Shown piece after piece: positions 62,069-64,000 of a stretch of 64,000 nucleotides of DNA. The number at the start of each line of letters is the position of its first letter. The first letter of the stretch is position 1. The stretch is from Mobula hypostoma. Lineage: Eukaryota. A program made the position numbers and the translations under genes. The stretch covers positions 109,742,001 to 109,806,000 of the forward strand of contig NC_086108.1 of NCBI RefSeq assembly GCF_963921235.1. Reading direction: 5' to 3'. The notes under the pieces are model-generated. The model was not told where the DNA came from. It saw only the letters and a list, made by a program, of their open reading frames with translations, and searched no databases.

Positions 62069-62784
62069 TGGAAGCAGACAGAAGACTAGTCAGTGGCACC
62101 GCAGCAAGCCCCAGACCTTCACTGCAGTGCACCACAGAACTCATCGGCTCTTCATAGCTGTGCTGACCATGGTGCCAAATTAAACCAAGCCAATCTCACT
62201 GTAGTTGAGCGTTGGACTCTGGGAAGAGTCGTTGGGAATGTGGAGGGAATGAGATGGGATGAGTGTAATGGGGCAGCTTCATAGTCAGCACCGAATCAAT
62301 GGGCCAAATGGCCTCGTCTCCTGTTGTATGACTCTTGGCAAACAGGGATTTGTCAATTAAATTCAAGATTCAAGATCGTTTAATGTCAATTCCGGTACAC
62401 AAGTGTAAAGGAGAACAAAATAATTGTTACTCCAGATCCAATACAGCGCAAAAAACTGTTTGGAGAAAGTTATTGGCTTTGAGTCTGGTGGTCCCGGCCT
62501 GGATGCACTGTAACCTTCTCCCTGATGGGAGTGGGGCAAACAGTCCATGAGCGGGTAGTGGGTGGGATCCCTCATGATGTCACTGGCCCATTTTTGACAA
62601 CTTTCTGCTTATTGTTTTTGATGGAGTGGGGCATCACCCACAAGATGAAGAATTCTTTGCTCCTCTTTCCCCCTACCCCCACCCCCCATAGCTGGCAACA
62701 GAACAGAAACTGGATTCCTAGTCTTTGAGACATCAAGGACCTAGAAGAGACAGCAAATACAGCTTATAGGTCAGGGAATGTACA

Positions 62785-62940
62785 GAGACACACACACACA
62801 CGCACAAATATGCACATGCTCTCACAGACACACAAACACTTGTGCACTACATCTGTCTTTCTCAAACACACGCACACACACACATAAAAGTACACATTTG
62901 CACACATAAGCACACACACGTGGATACTCAAACACACACA
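62785..62940. repeat. Degenerate (CA)n microsatellite
   Basis: Directly visible. Confidence 0.85.
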
Positions 62941-63178
62941 AATAATTTGCACTGTACTGCTGCTGTAAAACAACAAGTTTCATTTCATCTAAGTTGGAGA
63001 TAATAAATCAGTTTCTGGTTCTGACAAGCACACACACTCACAAAGTCCCAGACACCAGTTGTTAGAGTCAGGGATGAGAGCCCCGGAATTCTTGGGTCAG
63101 AGTAAGGTCTGATTCCTCAGCTCATCAATAAAGACCACCTACTAGTCGTCTGCTATGGCACTGTAGAGAAGGATCCTT

Positions 63179-63539
63179 AAGATACAAAAACACAACACTC
63201 CACTGCAGGGCTACACTGTCTGAGATACCGTCTGCACTGTCTGAGGTACCGTCTGCACTGTCTGAGGTACCGTCTGCACTGTCTGAGATACCGTCTGCAC
63301 TGTCTGAGGTCCTGTCTGCACTGTCTGAGGTACCGTGTGACCAATACAACAACAAACTGAGTTTCATCTCTCCCTCCATCCAATGGAAAAGATACAAAAA
63401 CACAACACTCCACTGCAGGGCTGAAATATGTCTGCACTGACTGAGGTACTGTCTGCACTGTCTGGAGTCCTGTCTGCACTCTCTGAGGTACTGTCTGCAC
63501 TCTCTGAGGTACTGTCTGCACTGTATGGGGTCCTGTCTG
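63179..63539. repeat. 21-bp minisatellite in two blocks, each preceded by the same 34-bp leader
   Basis: Unit CTGTCTGAGGTACCGTCTGCA; leader aagatacaaaaacacaacactccactgcagggct at 63179 and 63389. Confidence 0.9.
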
Positions 63540-64000
63540 AACATAGAACATAGAATAGTACAGCACAGTACAGGCCCTTCGGCCCACAATGTTGTGCCGA
63601 CCCTCAAACCCTGCCTCCCATATAAGCCCCCACCTTAAATTCCTCCATATACCTGTCTAGTAGTCTCTTAAATTTCACTAGTGTATCTGCCTCCACCACT
63701 GACTCAGGCAGTGTATTCCACGCACCAACCACTCTCCGAGTAAAAAACCTTCCTCTAATATCCCCCTTGAACTTCCCACCCCTTACCTTAAAGCCATGTC
63801 CTCGTATTGAGCAGTGGTGCCCTGGGGAAGAGGCACTGGCTATCCACTCTATCTATTCCTCTTATTATCTTGTACACCTCTATCATGTCTCCTCTCATCC
63901 TCCTCTCCAAAGAGTAAAGCCCTAGCTCCCTTAATCTCTGATCATAATGCATACTCTCTAAACCAGGCAGCATCCTGGTATATCTCCTCTGTACCCTTTC
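63540..64000 (-). mobile_element. Young CR1 3' end (runs off the window)
   Basis: LPGLESMHYDQRLRELGLYSLERRMRGDMIEVYK; (TTCTATG)n tail. Confidence 0.9.

Noticed and set aside
63216..63539. CRISPR-like array
   Set aside because: Head-to-tail repeats with no unique spacers, no cas genes, and a vertebrate context

Overview
Repeat-saturated vertebrate genomic DNA, most likely from a cartilaginous fish (ray or shark). This is inferred from V-domain tRNA SINEs (HE1-like), abundant CR1 LINEs with (TTCTATG)n tails, and Rex1/Babar and Penelope elements. It is not prokaryotic, and nearly all ORFs in the track are transposon-derived or antisense shadows. The standout structure is a 6.1-kb fold-back (inverted dimer) Penelope-like element at 30804-36931. 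It has two long RT+GIY-YIG ORFs, a hammerhead ribozyme motif in each arm and one 16-bp target-site duplication (TSD). Several miniature fold-back insertions share this architecture, and three of them invert inside the ribozyme motif. Also present are a deleted Gypsy LTR element with a PNMA-like Gag, a young CR1 with ~880 open codons, a long Rex1/Babar copy, and RTE, L2, Tc1, hAT, Tigger-like and Chapaev3-like remnants. A chain of phase-compatible candidate exons of an unidentified + strand host gene runs through the window, with a possible terminal exon of a - strand gene near 62 kb. Boundaries of old repeat fragments are approximate; family assignments are from motif recognition, not database searches.
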